Assembly: GCA_965198225.1 (NCBI GenBank)
Contig: CBDAOY010000004.1
Coordinates: 128,001 to 192,000, forward strand
Direction of reading: 5' to 3'
Source of the DNA: Terriglobia bacterium
GTDB lineage: Bacteria; Acidobacteriota; Terriglobia; 20CM-2-55-15
Length of the DNA: 64,000 bases
The position numbers and the translations under genes are program-made. Positions within the stretch are counted from its first letter, which is position 1. Each line of letters begins with the position of its first letter. This document shows positions 62,655-64,000 of this stretch, piece by piece. The notes beneath the pieces were generated by a model. That model was not told the origin of the DNA. It saw only the letters and a list, made by a program, of their open reading frames with translations, and made no database searches.

Positions 62655-64000
62655 TTACCGGATCCCGACGATCCCTTTGACCGACTCGTACAGCGCTCTG
62701 GAATCCCAGCCCACACCGTGCCGGAACACGATCCGGGTGTCGCGGATGTGGCCGGCCTGCTCCACGTCGCCTTCGATCACGACCAGGTCTGCGACCTTGC
62801 CGGTTTCGATCGTGCCGACATCACTGTCGATGCCGAGGACTTTGGCTCCGTTCGCGCTCATGATCTGCACGACTTCGGGAGGGGTGAATCCCGCTTCGAG
62901 CAGGAGTTCGTAGTTGCGCTGATCGCCGAGACCCGGGGGCGCGGCGCCATACCCGGTCGGGTCCACACCTGCTGCCAGGAGGCCACCGGCCTTCACGAAG
63001 GCATACTCGTACTCCATCGCCTTCTTGAGCGTGGCCGGATTGAGTCCCCTGCTCGAGTTGGGATCCGCGCCGCGGCGCTGCTCGGAGATCTCCCGTACCT
63101 CGGCCGCGATCTCTGGGGCCAGAACTTCGAAGACTCGCTCGTCGATCGGTTCGCGGCCGGGGACCGAGATCTCGTAGACAACGAGAGTCGATGTCATCGA
63201 CACGTCGTTTTCGATCATGTCGCGGAATGTGGCCTGGACCTGCTCGGAGTTGATGTCGAGATCCGCATAGGCGGCGCGGAAGTTCTGTGGACAATCGTCC
63301 GGCTGCTTGTCGGGTGCGTACTCGCTGTTGGCGAACAGGCCGTGCTCGAGGTTGTCGATCCCCAGGGCCACCGCCTCGCGGTAACCGATCGAGCACAGGT
63401 GTGCGGTCACCTTGACGCCGTTGGTGTGCGCAGCCTCGATCGCCGCGGCCAACTCCGCCCGGGATATCCACGTGTAGGCCTTGAACCAGCTGACGCCCTC
63501 CTCGGCCCAGTATTGAACTACGCGCCGGGCCTGTTCAGGACCTTCCAGGCGCGTCATCGTCGGCGAGCCCTGTTCGCCCGTCAGGTACGGCCCGGTCGTG
63601 AACATGGTCGGTCCGATCACCTGACCGGCTTCGATGTCGCGCTTGAGATTGAGTTCCTCGTAGGGCGCGCGCGCACCGGTGGTCCGGATGGTCGTGACGC
63701 CGGAAGCAAGGTAAAGTCGGGAGCCCGAGAACGACAATTGCGCCGCCCGGCCCCGTCCGCCGGTGTAATAGCTGTGGTTGTGCAGACCGACGAGCCCCGG
63801 GATGATGGTGTGGCCTCGGAGGTCGTGTACCTCCGCCCCGCCGGGAACCCTCACCTCCCCCGTCCCTCCGACGGCCGTGATACGGTCCCCTTCGATGACG
63901 ATCGTCTGAGTGTCCCGGGCGGGGGCTCCGGTGCCATCCAGTAGCTTGACGTTCGTTAGTGCCACCGTTGGCGCCTCCACGGCGACGAACTGCTCGAACT
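62655..64000 (-). CDS. Amidohydrolase family protein (5' end outside the window)
   Basis: PGLVGLHNH, LASGVTTIR, GTIETGKVADLVV. Confidence 0.88.
   Translation of the reverse strand, partial: FEQFVAVEAPTVALTNVKLLDGTGAPARDTQTIVIEGDRITAVGGTGEVRVPGGAEVHDLRGHTIIPGLVGLHNHSYYTGGRGRAAQLSFSGSRLYLASGVTTIRTTGARAPYEELNLKRDIEAGQVIGPTMFTTGPYLTGEQGSPTMTRLEGPEQARRVVQYWAEEGVSWFKAYTWISRAELAAAIEAAHTNGVKVTAHLCSIGYREAVALGIDNLEHGLFANSEYAPDKQPDDCPQNFRAAYADLDINSEQVQATFRDMIENDVSMTSTLVVYEISVPGREPIDERVFEVLAPEIAAEVREISEQRRGADPNSSRGLNPATLKKAMEYEYAFVKAGGLLAAGVDPTGYGAAPPGLGDQRNYELLLEAGFTPPEVVQIMSANGAKVLGIDSDVGTIETGKVADLVVIEGDVEQAGHIRDTRIVFRHGVGWDSRALYESVKGIVGIR

Overview
GC-rich bacterial window. The gene content (DUF1592/DUF1552/ankyrin operon, CRTAC1-type protein, DUF3857-transglutaminase-TPR protein) suggests Acidobacteriota or similar, which is an inference. 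Bases 1-25.9 kb are a decayed mobile/defence island. It holds type I R-M hsdM, an HD-domain hydrolase, three type II toxin-antitoxin pairs, a HEPN-motif gene pair, Tn3-family remnants (38-bp IRs, res-like sites, broken tnpA/resolvase) and IS1182 copies sitting in the centre of res-like palindromes. The main feature is an 8.3-kb nested stack at 17572-25880 made of pieces of 6-7 group II introns plus one IS110/IS1111 element, and its targeting can be read from the sequence. Two class D-like introns have EBS1 sequences matching the YADD codons of the outer intron's RT. An ORF-less intron starting GCGUG has EBS1 ACUAUU, which targets the AGUA motif of domain III in other introns and in itself. The IS1111 non-coding end carries two guide-like segments matching its insertion site in intron domain I (bridge/seekRNA-like). 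Bases 25.9-64 kb are mostly secreted/periplasmic hydrolases, a sodium:solute symporter, one intact IS1182, REP clusters, a CTAG-flanked MITE and a few pseudogenes. Family assignments come from motif recognition only; no searches were run.
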